Shown here: positions 21,030 through 31,669 of the stretch, in pieces
Position numbering within the stretch: position 1 is the first letter of the stretch
Layout: each line of letters opens with the position of its first letter
NCBI GenBank assembly: GCA_963762145.1
Contig: CAVXJS010000010.1
Coordinates: forward strand, 192,001-256,000
DNA from: an uncultured Candidatus Rokubacteria bacterium
GTDB lineage: Bacteria > Methylomirabilota > Methylomirabilia > Rokubacteriales > CSP1-6
Reading direction: 5' to 3'
Length of the DNA: 64,000 nucleotides
The notes under the pieces: model-generated
Told to the model about the DNA's origin: nothing
The model's input: only the letters and a program-made list of their open reading frames with translations
Databases searched by the model: none
Translations under genes and position numbers: made by a program

Positions 21030-22355
21030 CTAGCTGGCGGGCGTGACGAGGTCGGCCTTCGTGGCCGGCACCGAGTAGGTCGCGTCCGGGTGCTTCGGCA
21101 GCGCGTCGTCCCAGGCGCGGTAGCGCGCGCGCATGGCCGCGAGGCGCCCCGGGTCGCGGCGCGCGTGATTGGCGCGCTCGCGCTCATCGCCGGCCAGGTT
21201 GAACAGGAACTCGTCGCCCTCGACCGACAGGTACTTCCAGTCGCCGTCGCGCAGCGCCTGCTGGTTGCGGTAGAGCATCTTCCAGTAGAGCTCGCGCGCG
21301 AAGGTCTTCGAGGGATTCCGGAGCACCGGGAGCAGGCTCACGCCGTCGAGGGGATAGTCCGGGTGCGGCGCGACCCCGGCGGCCTCCAGGAACGTCGCCA
21401 CCCAGTCCATGGTGATCGCGGGCTGCGCGGTGACGCGGCCCGGGCGCACCTTCGTGGGCCAGCGCACGATGTAGGGAACGCGGATGCCGCCCTCGAGCAG
21501 GTCCATCTTCTTGCCGACCAGCGGCCAGGTGTCGGAGAAGCGCTCGCCGCCGTTGTCGCTGGTGAACACGACCAGCGTGTCGCGCTCCGCGCGCGCCTTC
21601 GCGAGGGCCCTGAGGATGCGCCCGATGCCCTCGTCCATCTGGCGGATCATGGTGAGGTAGGTCGCGAGCGAGCCGCCGTCGAAGTGGTAGAGCTTCTCGA
21701 TCCGCCGGGCCTCGGCCTCGTCCTCGCGCGTGAGCCACGGCCAGTGCGGGGCGTTGTAGTGCACCGACAGGAAGAACGGGGCGTCGCGCTGGCGCCCGAC
21801 GAACTCGACGGCCCGGTCGGAGATCAGATCGGTGAGGTAGCCCGTCCGGTGCGACTCGGTCTCGCCGTCGTACAGGTCGTGGTGGCCCGCGGAATCGCGG
21901 TGCGTGAAGTAGTCCATGCCGCCCGAGAGCGATCCGAAGAACTCCTGGTAGCCGCTGCGGAGCGGCCCGAAGTGCGGCGGGTAGCCGAGGTGCCACTTGC
22001 CGACGAGCGCGGTGGCGTAGCCGGCGTCGCGCAGCAGCGACGGGAGCGTCGGGTGCGCCGGGGGCAGGCCGAGGGTCGCGTCGCCGCGGGTGTTGCTGCG
22101 GATGGGCTCGTCGGCGCCGCCCCGCAGGCGATGCTGCCAGCGGCCGGTCATCAGCGCGAAGCGGGTGGGCGAGCAGACGCACGAGTTGGCGTAGCCGTGC
22201 GTGAACCGCAGCCCCTCGCGGGCCAGGCGGTCGAGCGAGGGCGAGCAGGAGGCGAAGGACGCGCCGCCCGCGGCGGGCCGACCCCCGTAGCACCCCAGGT
22301 CGGCGTAGCCGAGATCGTCCGCCATGATGAACAGGAAGTTCGGGCGCCGAGCCAT
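21030..22355 (-). CDS. Cys-type sulfatase
   Basis: RPNFLFIMADDLG, CSPTR and GYATALVGKWHLG motifs. Confidence 0.93.
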   Translation of the reverse strand: MARRPNFLFIMADDLGYADLGCYGGRPAAGGASFASCSPSLDRLAREGLRFTHGYANSCVCSPTRFALMTGRWQHRLRGGADEPIRSNTRGDATLGLPPAHPTLPSLLRDAGYATALVGKWHLGYPPHFGPLRSGYQEFFGSLSGGMDYFTHRDSAGHHDLYDGETESHRTGYLTDLISDRAVEFVGRQRDAPFFLSVHYNAPHWPWLTREDEAEARRIEKLYHFDGGSLATYLTMIRQMDEGIGRILRALAKARAERDTLVVFTSDNGGERFSDTWPLVGKKMDLLEGGIRVPYIVRWPTKVRPGRVTAQPAITMDWVATFLEAAGVAPHPDYPLDGVSLLPVLRNPSKTFARELYWKMLYRNQQALRDGDWKYLSVEGDEFLFNLAGDERERANHARRDPGRLAAMRARYRAWDDALPKHPDATYSVPATKADLVTPAS

Positions 22356-22391
22356 GCCCGGCGAGCCTAACCCACTTCTCGGTGGCGTGCA

Positions 22392-22426
22392 CCCTCTCCC
22401 CTCTGGGGAGAGGGCAGGGTGAGGGG
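22392..22426 (-). repeat. REP-like hairpin
   Basis: CCCTCTCCCCTCTGGGGAGAGGGCAGGGTGAGGGG. Confidence 0.85.
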
Positions 22427-22430
22427 TCTT

Positions 22431-23450
22431 CTAGATCGCGAGCACGTTGCGTCCGAGCGGCCGCCCCTCGCGGAGCGCGGTGAAGGCCTCCTCGATCTCC
22501 GCCAGCGGGATCACCCGGTCCACGATCGGCTTGATCCGTCCCTGGGCCACCAGCTCCATCGTCTCCGCGAGCTCCTGCTTGGTGTTGGCGCGCGAGCCCA
22601 CGATCTCGAGCTCGCTCCGCACCAGCTCGCGCGGCAGGACCGAGAGCGGCACCTCCGGCGTGTAGCCGACGAAGACCAGCCGGCCCGCGCGCCGGAGGCT
22701 CTGTACGCTCGACGGCAGCGTCTGCGCGCTCGCCACGAACTCCAGCACCACGTCCACGCCCAGGCCGCCGGTCAGCTTGCGCACGGCCTCGTGGAAGGGC
22801 CCGCGGCGGGCGTCCACCACCGCGTCGGCGCCCAGGCTCCGGGCCAGCTCGAGCCGCGCGTCGTTGACGTCCACCGCGATCACCCAGCCGCCGGCCAGCC
22901 GCGCCATCTGGAGCGCGTGGAGCCCGACGCCGCCCACGCCGATCAGCGCGAGCGTGGTGCCGGGGCGCACCTGCGCGCGCTTGGTGATCGCGTGATAGGA
23001 CGTCGCCACCGCGTCGCCCAGGATGCACGCGGCCTCGAGCGACACGTGGTCCGGCACCTTGCAGAGGTTGACGCCCGGGGTCTTCACGTACTCCGCGAAG
23101 CCGCCGTCGATGCTGAAGCCGTGCTGGCGCACCTCCGCGCAGAGCGTGTCGCGTCCCACGCGGCAGGCGGGGCAGCGGCCGCAGGTGATGTAGAAGTTCA
23201 CGATGACGCGGTCGCCCGGGGCGACGCCGCGGACGTCGCGGCCGACCTCGGCCACCTCGCCCGCGATCTCGTGGCCCATGATGAGCGGGATCACGCCCAG
23301 GCCCATGCGGTCGGCGCGGATCTTCACGTCGGTGCCGCAGACGCCCACGTTGCGCACGCGCACCAGCGCCTCGTGCGGCGCGATGGCCGGCGTCGGCACG
23401 TCCTTGGCGACGAACGGCCCGTTGAACTTCTCGAGGACGAGAGCGCGCAT
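22431..23450 (-). CDS. Zn-dependent alcohol dehydrogenase (MDR family)
   Basis: CGTD, GHE, CxxCxxCx7C and GVGGVG motifs. Confidence 0.93.
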   Translation of the reverse strand: MRALVLEKFNGPFVAKDVPTPAIAPHEALVRVRNVGVCGTDVKIRADRMGLGVIPLIMGHEIAGEVAEVGRDVRGVAPGDRVIVNFYITCGRCPACRVGRDTLCAEVRQHGFSIDGGFAEYVKTPGVNLCKVPDHVSLEAACILGDAVATSYHAITKRAQVRPGTTLALIGVGGVGLHALQMARLAGGWVIAVDVNDARLELARSLGADAVVDARRGPFHEAVRKLTGGLGVDVVLEFVASAQTLPSSVQSLRRAGRLVFVGYTPEVPLSVLPRELVRSELEIVGSRANTKQELAETMELVAQGRIKPIVDRVIPLAEIEEAFTALREGRPLGRNVLAI

Positions 23451-23460
23451 GGATCCGCCG

Positions 23461-24749
23461 CTACACCTGCTGGAGCACCCGGGGCCGCGGCGCGGCCGGG
23501 GTCAGGAGCGTGCGCCAGTCGGTCGCGCGGGGCACCACCGCTTCCGCCGGGTGCAGCGGGTAGTAGGTCGGCGCGACGCCCGGCGGGATGCCGCCGGCCT
23601 CGACGGTCCGGGTGGCCTGCAGGAGCAGCCGGCGCGCCTGGATCACCGCCCGGTCGGCGGGCCCCAGGTGCTCGCGGGTGCGATCGACGATCGGCCCCAT
23701 GCTCTCCTGCACCGCGCGGTCCTGGGCGTTGATGCCGTCGATCCCGGTGAAGGTCTCGGTCTTCTGCACGCGGCGATCGAGCAGGTAGCCGTTCTCCCGG
23801 TTGCGCTTCGCGCGGAAGGTGGTCTGGTCGACGTCGAGCGGGCCGTTGCCGAGCCGGCGCTCGAGGCGATCCTCGTCGGTCAGGGGCTCGGTCGTGCTGT
23901 GCTCCCAGTTGTAGACCATGGTGGTCTCGTCATCCATCGGGACCCAGATGTGGCCGGCCGCGCCGGAGAAGCCGCGGGCGGAGCCGCCGGTGCGGGCGGG
24001 CCGGATCTGGTGGAAGGGCAGGATGAAGTGATACGCGCGCACGTGGAGATCGCCGCTCTCGAGCGGCCGCAGCCCCGGCGTAGCGGTAGCCGTAGTCGGT
24101 GACGTCCAGCTCGAGCACCGGCGCCTTGCCGCGCACGAAGGGATCCGTCGGCTTGAAGCCCGGCCGCGAGGAGTCGGGGTCGAGGACCCGGTGCAGGATC
24201 GGCGCGTGGGAGGTGTCGATCCCGCCCTCGAGGCCCTGCAGCCAGTTGCTCTCCTGGATGACCTTCGAGACGTGGCGATGGCTGGCCGGCGCCTGGGTCC
24301 AGGCGAAGTGCGGCGGCGGCGGGCTGCCGCTCCGCGGGGCCCAGGTAGGCCCAGATGAGGCCGCCCGCTTCCACGGTGGGGTAGGCGGTGGTCCGGATCT
24401 TGTGCGCGAAGCTCAGCGCCTCGGGCTCGTTCATCATGTCCACGCACTCGCCGGTCACGTCGAACTTCCAGCCGTGGTAGACGCAGCGCAGGCCGCACTC
24501 CTCGTTCCTGCCGAGGAAGAGGGACGCCTGCCGGTGCGGGCAGCGCTCGGCGAGCAGGCCGACGCGGCCCTGCGTGTCGCGGAAGGCCACCAGCTCCTCG
24601 CCCAGCAGCCTGACGCGGACCGGCGGGCCATCGGGCTCGGGCAGCTCCCACGCCAGGAGCGCGGGGATCCAGTAGCGGCGCATCGTGGTACCCATGGGGG
24701 TGCCGGGGCCGACGCGGGTGACGCGTTCGTTCTCGTCGTGTGCCAGCAT
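23461..24749 (-). CDS. Rieske non-heme iron oxygenase alpha subunit (phthalate dioxygenase-like), two frameshifts
   Basis: CPHR...CVYHGW, NWLQGLEGGIDTSH and AQDRAVQESMG are spread over three frames. Confidence 0.85.
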
Positions 24750-24830
24750 TGCGGGCCTCCTTGCTGGAGCGGGCGCGAGATGGGCCGAGGATGGACCCGA
24801 TGGAGTGCGTGGTCAAGCGCGGGGCACGGA

Positions 24831-24974
24831 CCCCCTCACCACCCGTAGCCCCTCACCCTGTAGCCCCTCACCCTGTAGCCCCTCACCCTGCCCTCTCCCC
24901 AGGGGGAGAGGGAGAGGCGCGCGCGGTCTCACCCTCTCACCCTCTCCCCTCTGGGGAGAGGGCAGGGTGAGGGG
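24831..24974. repeat. Inverted REP-like pair with 3 x 15-bp tail amplification
   Basis: GTAGCCCCTCACCCT at 24845, 24860 and 24875; full copies at 24879-24912 (+) and 24940-24974 (-). Confidence 0.9.
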
Positions 24975-24995
24975 CGGAGGGAGTAGGGTTGGGGT

Positions 24996-27900
24996 ATGGA
25001 GCTGGCGAAGCGGGCGGTGGAGGTGGCGGAGGCGCTCCTGCGCGAGGCGCGGGCGGGGCAGACCGCGGAGGAGCGCGCGCGGGCGGAGCGGCTCGCGCGG
25101 CTCATGGAAGACCCGCGGGGCAAGGAGCTCACGATCGCGCTCACCGATCAGTGCTTTCGCAGCCGGCGGCCCGAGCGGATCGCGGATCAGCTCCACTACC
25201 TGCTCGAGCGCTACGGCGCGCCGCGCTTCATGGAATGGTGGGAGCGGATCGGCCTCACGCTCGGCGCGGTCCTGGGGCACTACCTGCCGAGCCTGGTGGT
25301 GCCGCCGATCGTGGCCCGCCTGCGCCAGGAGACCGAGTCGCTGATCCTGCCCGGCGAGGACGCGGATCTCCGCCGCTACCTGGCCGAGCGGCGCGCGGCC
25401 GGCATCCGGCTCAATCTGAACCAGCTCGGGGAGGCGATCCTGGGCGAGGAGGAGGCCGCGCGCCGCCTCGAGGCCTACCTGGCCCTCCTGGCCCGCGAGG
25501 ACGTCGAGTACATCTCGGTCAAGGTCTCCTCGGTGTCGAGCCAGCTCGAGCTGAGCGCGTTCCGCCACACCGTGGAGGTCGTGAAGGAGCGCCTCCGCGC
25601 CCTCTACCGCCAGGCGCTGCGCCACCACTACCGGCATCCGGACGGGCGCGTCACGCCCAAGTTCGTCAACCTGGACATGGAGGAGTACCGCGACCTCGAC
25701 CTCACCGTCGCCGCCTTCCAGGAGGTGCTGGACGAGGACGAGTTCATGGCGCTGCCCGCCGGCATCGTGCTGCAGGCGTATCTGCCCGAGTCGCATCGCG
25801 TGCAGCGCGGGCTCGTGGCCTGGGCCCTCGCGCGGCTCGAGCGCCACGGCGCGTGGATCAAGCTTCGAATCGTCAAGGGCGCCAACCTGGCGATGGAGCG
25901 CATCGAGGCCGATCTGCACGGCTGGCCCCAGGCCCCGTTCGCCCGCAAGGTCGAGGTGGACGCCAACTTCAAGCGCATGATCGAGTACGGCTGCCGCCCG
26001 GAGCACGCCCGCGCCGTGCGCCTGGGCGTCGCCAGCCACAACCTCTTCGACGTCGCCCACGGCCTGCTGCTGCGCGAGGAGCGGGGCGTGGAGGCCTGGG
26101 TCGAGTTCGAGATGCTCGAGGGCATGGCCAACCACCAGGCGCGGGTGGTGCAGGCGCGCGCGGGCGGGCTGCTGCTCTACGCGCCGGTGGTGCGCGCCGA
26201 GGACTTCCACAGCGCCATCGCCTACCTCGTCCGCCGGCTCGACGAGAACACCGCGCCGGACAACTTCCTGCGCCACGTGTTCGGCCTCGAGCCCGGCTCG
26301 CCCGACTGGGACCTGGAGCGCGACCGCTTCCTCGGGGCTTTCGACCTGATCGATGCGCTCCCGGACCGCCCCCGCCGCGCCCAGGACCGCGCCGCCGAGG
26401 CCGCCGCCGCGCGTCCGGCCGCCGACCTCCAAGATGTTCAAGGAGGGGCCGCCCCGTTCGTGAACGAGCCCGACACGGACTGGGCGCTGGGCGCCAACCG
26501 GGAGTGGATCGACGGGGTCCGCGCCGCGTGGCGCGAGCGGGCGGTGGAGACGGTGCCGCTGCAGATCGCGGGCGAGCTGACCGCGGGGCGCGGTGACGGT
26601 CGAGGGGCGCGACCGCTCGCACCCGGCGCGCGTCGGCCTATCGCCACGCGCTCGCGGACCGCGGCCAGGTGGGCCGCGCCCTGGACGCCGCGCGCGCCGC
26701 GCAGCCGGGCTGGGCGGCGCGGCCGGCGGGGAACGGCGGCACCTGCTCGACGCCGCGGCCGGGGAGCTGGCCCGGCGCCGCGGCGACCTGATCGGGGCCA
26801 TGATCGTGGACGGCGCCAAGACGGTGACCGAGGCCGACCCGGAGGTCTCCGAGGCGGTGGACTTCGCGCGCTACTACGCGCGCGCGCTCGGCGCCGGCGA
26901 TGTCGTGGACGGCTGCCGGCTCGATCCGCTCGGCGTGGTCGTGGTGGCGCCGCCCTGGAATTTTCCGCTGTCGATCCCGGCGGGCGGCGTGCTGGCCGCG
27001 CTGGCCGCGGGCAACGCGGTGCTCCTCAAGCCCGCGCTCGAGGCCGTGCTGGTCGGCTGGCACCTGGTCCAGTCACTCTGGTCGGCGGGGATCCCGCGAG
27101 ACATCCTCCAGTTCGTCCCGTGCCCGGACGACGAGGTGGGCCGCGGGCTGATCTCCGATCCGCGCGTGGACGCGGTGATCCTGACCGGCTCGGTGGAGAC
27201 GGCGCGGCGGTTCCTCGAGTGGCGCCCGGATTTGCAGACTCTTCGCCGAGACAAGCGGGAAGAATGCGATCGTTGTGACCTCGCTGGCCGACCGCGACCA
27301 GGCGGTGCGCGACCTCGTGCGCTCGGCCTTCGGCCACAACGGGCAGAAGTGCTCGGCGGCGAGCCTGGCGATCTGCGAGGCCGAGGTGTACGACGACCCG
27401 GTGTTCCGCCGCCAGCTCCGCGACGCGGCGGCGAGCCTCGCGGTGGGCAGCGCCTGGGAGCCCGCGAGCCGCGTGACGCCGCTGACGCAGCCGCCCGGTG
27501 CCGCGCTGCGGCGCGCGCTGACCGCGCTCGACCCGGGCGAGGAGTGGCTGCTCGAGCCGCGGCCGATCGGCCGCGAGGCGCCGCTCTGGTCGCCCGGCAT
27601 CAAGCTGGGCGTCGCGCCGGGCTCCTTCTTCCACCGAACGGAATGCTTCGGGCCGGTCCTGGGCCTCATGCGGGCGGCGCACCTGGACGAGGCGATCGAC
27701 CTGGCCAACGATCAGCCGTTCGGGCTCACCAGCGGGATCCAGTCGCTCGACGATCGCGAGATCGCCCGCTGGCTCGACCGGATCGAGGCCGGCAACCTCT
27801 ACGTCAACCGATCCATCACCGGGGCCATCGTGGGCCGCCAGCCTTTCGGCGGCTGGAAGGCCTCCTCGGTCGGAGGCGGCGCCAAGGCCGGCGGTCCCAA

Positions 27901-28438
27901 CTACGTGCTCCAGCTCTGCCGGGTGCGCGAGGCCGCCGGGCCCGCGGACGCCGCGGCCAGCTACGAGCGGGCCTGGCGCGAGCACTTCTCGCCGGCGCAC
28001 GTGCCGATCCCGCTGCTGGGCGAGCGCAACGTGTTCCGCTACCGTCCGTGCGCGCGCGTCCTCGTCCGGGCCGAGACCGCGACCGACGCCGGACGGGAGG
28101 CGCTCGATCGGGTGCTCCTCGCCGCCCGCCTGTGCGGCGTGCCCGCGGCGGTGAGCCTGGCGGGCGGCGAGTCGCCCCGGGACATCGAGGCCGTGGGCGA
28201 GGACGAGGACGCGCTGGCCGCGCGGCTGGCGGGCATCGGCTGCGAGCGGTTGCGCGCGCTCGTCCCGGTGTCGGCGCCGCTGCGACGGGCGGCGCACGCG
28301 GCGGGAATCGGGGTGGTGGACGCGCCGGTCTCCGCCGCGGGCCGATTCGAGCTGCGCCACTACCTGCGCGAGCAGGCCGTCTCGCGCGTCGTGCATCGGT
28401 ACGGATCCGTGATGCAGGCCGAAGGAGGAGCCCCATGA
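24996..28438 (+). CDS. putA: Bifunctional proline dehydrogenase / glutamyl-semialdehyde dehydrogenase, frameshifted
   Basis: PRODH motifs VNLDMEEY, RIVKGAN and YLVRRLDEN; ALDH motifs PWNFP, GQKCSA, ECFGP and QPFGG. Confidence 0.9.
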
Positions 28439-28821
28439 CCATTCGACTGGACCACACCATCGTGCCCGCGAAGGACAAGCGGGCCGCCGCCCTGCTCTTC
28501 GCCGAGCTCTTCGGCCTGACCGCGGAGCCGCGGCCGGGCTACTTCGCGCAGGTGCGGATCAACGAGAGCCTCACGTTCGACTTCGCCGACGCCGCCGAGT
28601 TCGAGGATCCCACCGCGCACCACTACGCCTTCCACGTGAGCGACGAGGAGTTCGACGGGATCTGGAGCCGGGTTAAGGCGAAGGGGATCGGCTGGGGCAA
28701 TGCGCCGGACAACCCCGCCAACGGCCGGCTCTACCACCGGCGCGGCGGGCGGGGCTTCTACTTCCAGAGCCCCGACGGCCACCTGCTCGAGGTCATGACC
28801 GTCCCGGAGACGGGAAGCTAG
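28435..28821 (+). CDS. VOC/glyoxalase-family protein
   Basis: RBS AGGAGGAG; LDHTIV, HYAFHVS and YFQSPDGHLLE motifs. Confidence 0.9.
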   Translation: MTIRLDHTIVPAKDKRAAALLFAELFGLTAEPRPGYFAQVRINESLTFDFADAAEFEDPTAHHYAFHVSDEEFDGIWSRVKAKGIGWGNAPDNPANGRLYHRRGGRGFYFQSPDGHLLEVMTVPETGS

Positions 28822-28836
28822 GAGCCGTCACCGCGC

Positions 28837-29574
28837 TCACCATGGCTCGGGGGGAGGGAAAGAGGGAAGAGAAGGGGGAGAAAGGGGAGGAACCTTCACG
28901 AGCTCGGCGGCGGGCGTGTCGGGGCGCGCCGCGGCCGGACGCGGGAGCTCCTGGCCAACCCGCTCGCGCAGGCGCTCGAGCAGCTCGGGATAGGACGAGA
29001 CGCGCAGGACGCGGTTGAACTGGGCGCGGTAGTTGTTGACGAGGCTGATCCCGTCGATCGTGACGTCCCGCACCAGCCAGCGCCGGTCGAGGTAGACCAT
29101 CTCGTGATCGAGGAGGACCTGGCGGCCGCCGCGCCGGCCGATGGCGGTGTGCACCATCGTGTGATCGCGCGCGGGGGCCTCCCCGAGATAGCTGACGGTG
29201 ATGCCCCCCTTGCTGCCGTCCACCTCGGCGACCGAGGCCAGCCAGTACACGAACCCGCGCTGCACGAAGCTCGCGAAGATGGAGCGGAAGTCCGTCCGCT
29301 CGGTCGCGGTCCGAGCGCTCCACTGGACGGCCCCCAGCGCCTGCTCGGCGGCTCCCGAGAAGTCGAAGGCGCGACCGATGAGCTGACGGACCGCGGTGAG
29401 GCGGTCGGCCGGCCGCTCGGCTGTCGCCGGATCGGTGATGATCTGGTTGGCCTCTGCGAACGTCGCGCGCAGCGAGTCGGTCGCAGTGGGAGCGTCGGCC
29501 TCGGCTCCGCCATGGGCGATGAGGACCAGCCAGGCGAGCGCAACCAGGGACACGAGGGCTGATCGGGTATGCAT
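28837..29574 (-). CDS. MlaC/Ttg2D-family periplasmic protein
   Basis: Signal peptide; FDF-ALG-W and WLVRDVTIDGISLVNNYRAQF motifs. Confidence 0.85.
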   Translation of the reverse strand: MHTRSALVSLVALAWLVLIAHGGAEADAPTATDSLRATFAEANQIITDPATAERPADRLTAVRQLIGRAFDFSGAAEQALGAVQWSARTATERTDFRSIFASFVQRGFVYWLASVAEVDGSKGGITVSYLGEAPARDHTMVHTAIGRRGGRQVLLDHEMVYLDRRWLVRDVTIDGISLVNNYRAQFNRVLRVSSYPELLERLRERVGQELPRPAAARPDTPAAELVKVPPLSPPSLPSFPPPEPW

Positions 29575-29591
29575 GGGGGACAGGTCAACGC

Positions 29592-29607
29592 AGCATCGTC
29601 CGTGCCA
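29592..29607 (-). promoter_or_regulatory. Sigma-54 -24/-12 promoter
   Basis: The minus strand reads TGGCAC-GGACG-ATGCT, directly upstream of the MlaC-like gene. Confidence 0.65.
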
Positions 29608-29715
29608 CGCGGGACGTGCGCTATACCGCCCACCGGAGCCCGATCGCCGACCCGGTCGGCGCGCGGCGCCGTCTAACGGAAGCTGTTACCGAGCAGAAAT
29701 TCCACCCCGTCGTGC

Positions 29716-30477
29716 CTAGATGACCAGCTCCCGCGCGACGCCGCGCATGTCCATCTCGTAGTCGAGGCCCTGGATCGGCGGGCGGCTCGGGTACCAGTGC
29801 ACGCCGTGGATGGCGGCCGGACCCGCGGGCCCGAGGACCTCGTCGAGCACGAGGGCGTGGATGGGCTGGGCGGTGTAGATGTCGATCGCGGTGACGCGGC
29901 GGAAGTCGCCGCCCAGCGTGCGCAGCCGATCCTGCATGATCGCCATCACGAAGCGCGCCTTCTCGCGCATGCCGTCGGGCGACGTGTCGCCGTGGCGCAC
30001 GATACCCTCCGGGCCCTGGGCGCGGTCCCGGAGCTCGCCCGCGCCCGCGACAATGAAGGTAGGCCCGGGAAAGGCGGGCGCGGGGGTGGCGCCGGGCTGC
30101 GTGTAGGAGAAGGCGTAGAGCGCCGGCTCCGAGGGGGCGGCCGCGACCGGGGCCACGTTGGTCCGCGGGATCGGGTTGTCCTCGCCGACCAGGATGTCCC
30201 ACTCGGCCAGGAGCTTGCGGTAGCCCTCGTTGAAGCCGGCGAAGCCGTCGAAGGTGAAGGGGGCGGGGCTCCGGAGCTCGATGCCGCAGAGCGCGGTCCT
30301 CGGGCGCTTCACCTCGCGCAGGTGCCGCTCGATGCGCGCGAAGCCGTCGCGCCAGGGCTGAGGCGCAGCGAGCGTCACGTGCACGATCTCGTGGCCCGGC
30401 CGGGCCACCGTCCCGCAGGAGAAGGCGCTGATGCCGGGCATGTAACGATAGTCGCCGGTCGGATGGTCACGGAGCAT
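29716..30477 (-). CDS. CnbZ-like (2-amino-5-chloromuconate deaminase-type) protein
   Basis: LCGIELRSPAPFTFDGF, NPIPRTNVAP and RPPIQGLDYEMD, recognised from recall of the CnbZ family. Confidence 0.7.
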   Translation of the reverse strand: MLRDHPTGDYRYMPGISAFSCGTVARPGHEIVHVTLAAPQPWRDGFARIERHLREVKRPRTALCGIELRSPAPFTFDGFAGFNEGYRKLLAEWDILVGEDNPIPRTNVAPVAAAPSEPALYAFSYTQPGATPAPAFPGPTFIVAGAGELRDRAQGPEGIVRHGDTSPDGMREKARFVMAIMQDRLRTLGGDFRRVTAIDIYTAQPIHALVLDEVLGPAGPAAIHGVHWYPSRPPIQGLDYEMDMRGVARELVI

Positions 30478-31669
30478 GGGGTCGCCTCTCGATCAAGAAG
30501 TTGCCGGCCTCGAAGGAAACCGGCGGGGCCGCGGGGTCGAAGCTCACGCCGATCGGATCGCGGCCTTCGGCGAGGGCGTCGAGCTGCTGCCGGAGCTGGC
30601 GGCGCACCAGCGCCACCCCGCGGTCGCTCGACACCAGGTTCTCCTCGGAGTGCAGGGTGATCGGCCCCTGGCCGACCTGCGCCTCGTAGTCGCCGGGGAA
30701 GTCGCGGTGCTCGGCCGGGGTCAGCTCCTCCCAGAGCTTGCCGTTGAGCCGCGAGCGCACGCTCGTGATCTCGCCGGGCGTGCGCACGCGGCCCGCGGTG
30801 TAGATTCGGAAGCTCGTGTCGTCGAGCGGCAGCACCCAGCCGATGGTCTCCACGCGCGCGTACTGCGCCACGCGCGGGTTGGGGATGACGCGCAGGGTCG
30901 GCAGGACCGCCTCGCTGATCCGGTGCAGCACGGTGCCGTCGGGCAGGCGCCGGTCGGACGTCGCCTTCACGCCCCGGTCGGTCGGCTCCCAGGTCACCTC
31001 CGGCATCAGGCCCATCGGCGCGGTGAACTGCGGGCCGCTGAAGGAGCCGTGCAGGATCGGCACGTGGAGCGTGTCCATCAGGTTCTCGTAGTGCTGGAGC
31101 CAGTTGCAGGGGATGATCGCGGGCCCGCCGCCGCCCACGCTGCTGTCGTCGGCCTCGAGGCGCTCGCCCGGATCGAGCGCCTCGAGCACTTCGTAGCGCG
31201 GGAGCACCGGCTTGCGCGCGGGCGGGCCCATGTACGCGAAGATCAGGCCGTAGCGCTCCTGCACCGGGTACCAGGGCTGGCGCATGCGCTCGCGCTGCCG
31301 GCCGCCGTCGGGCTCGCACGGCTGCTCGAGGCAGTGGCCCTCCACGTCGAAGAGCCAGCCGTGGTAGCAGCAGCGGATGCCCCGCTCCTCCACGCGTCCG
31401 TAGTGGAGCGTGGTGCCGCGATGCGCGCAGCGCGCGGTCACGAGGCCCGGGCGGCCGCGCCGGTCGCGGAAGAGCACGAGATCCTCGCCCAGCACCCGCA
31501 GGGCCCGCGGCGTGTCGCCCGCGTCGCCGGTCAGGCCCACCGGGTGCCAGTAGCGGCGCAGCAGCTCGCCCATCGGCGTGCCCGCGCCGACCAGGGTCAG
31601 CTCGCGCAGGAAGCTCGGCCGGGGCCGTCCGTAGCCGGTGCCGGTATCCGGCTCGCCGGTCGCGCTCAC
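30467..31669 (-). CDS. Rieske non-heme iron oxygenase alpha subunit
   Basis: CAHR...CCYHGW and NWLQHYENLMDTLHVPILH motifs. The GTG start overlaps the upstream TGA. Confidence 0.88.
   Translation of the reverse strand: MSATGEPDTGTGYGRPRPSFLRELTLVGAGTPMGELLRRYWHPVGLTGDAGDTPRALRVLGEDLVLFRDRRGRPGLVTARCAHRGTTLHYGRVEERGIRCCYHGWLFDVEGHCLEQPCEPDGGRQRERMRQPWYPVQERYGLIFAYMGPPARKPVLPRYEVLEALDPGERLEADDSSVGGGGPAIIPCNWLQHYENLMDTLHVPILHGSFSGPQFTAPMGLMPEVTWEPTDRGVKATSDRRLPDGTVLHRISEAVLPTLRVIPNPRVAQYARVETIGWVLPLDDTSFRIYTAGRVRTPGEITSVRSRLNGKLWEELTPAEHRDFPGDYEAQVGQGPITLHSEENLVSSDRGVALVRRQLRQQLDALAEGRDPIGVSFDPAAPPVSFEAGNFLIERRPHAP

Noticed and set aside
24831-24900. Short direct repeats as a possible CRISPR array (also 17306-17394 and 55428-55465)
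   Set aside because: The repeats are contiguous with no unique spacers, derive from the REP-like element, and no cas genes are present.
26590-27280. Programmed frameshifting or a split putA
   Set aside because: There are several scattered indels with no slippery site, matching the error pattern elsewhere in the window.
28850-28892. Purine-only tract
   Set aside because: It is explained by the Pro/Ser/Leu/Phe tail codons of the MlaC-like gene on the minus strand.
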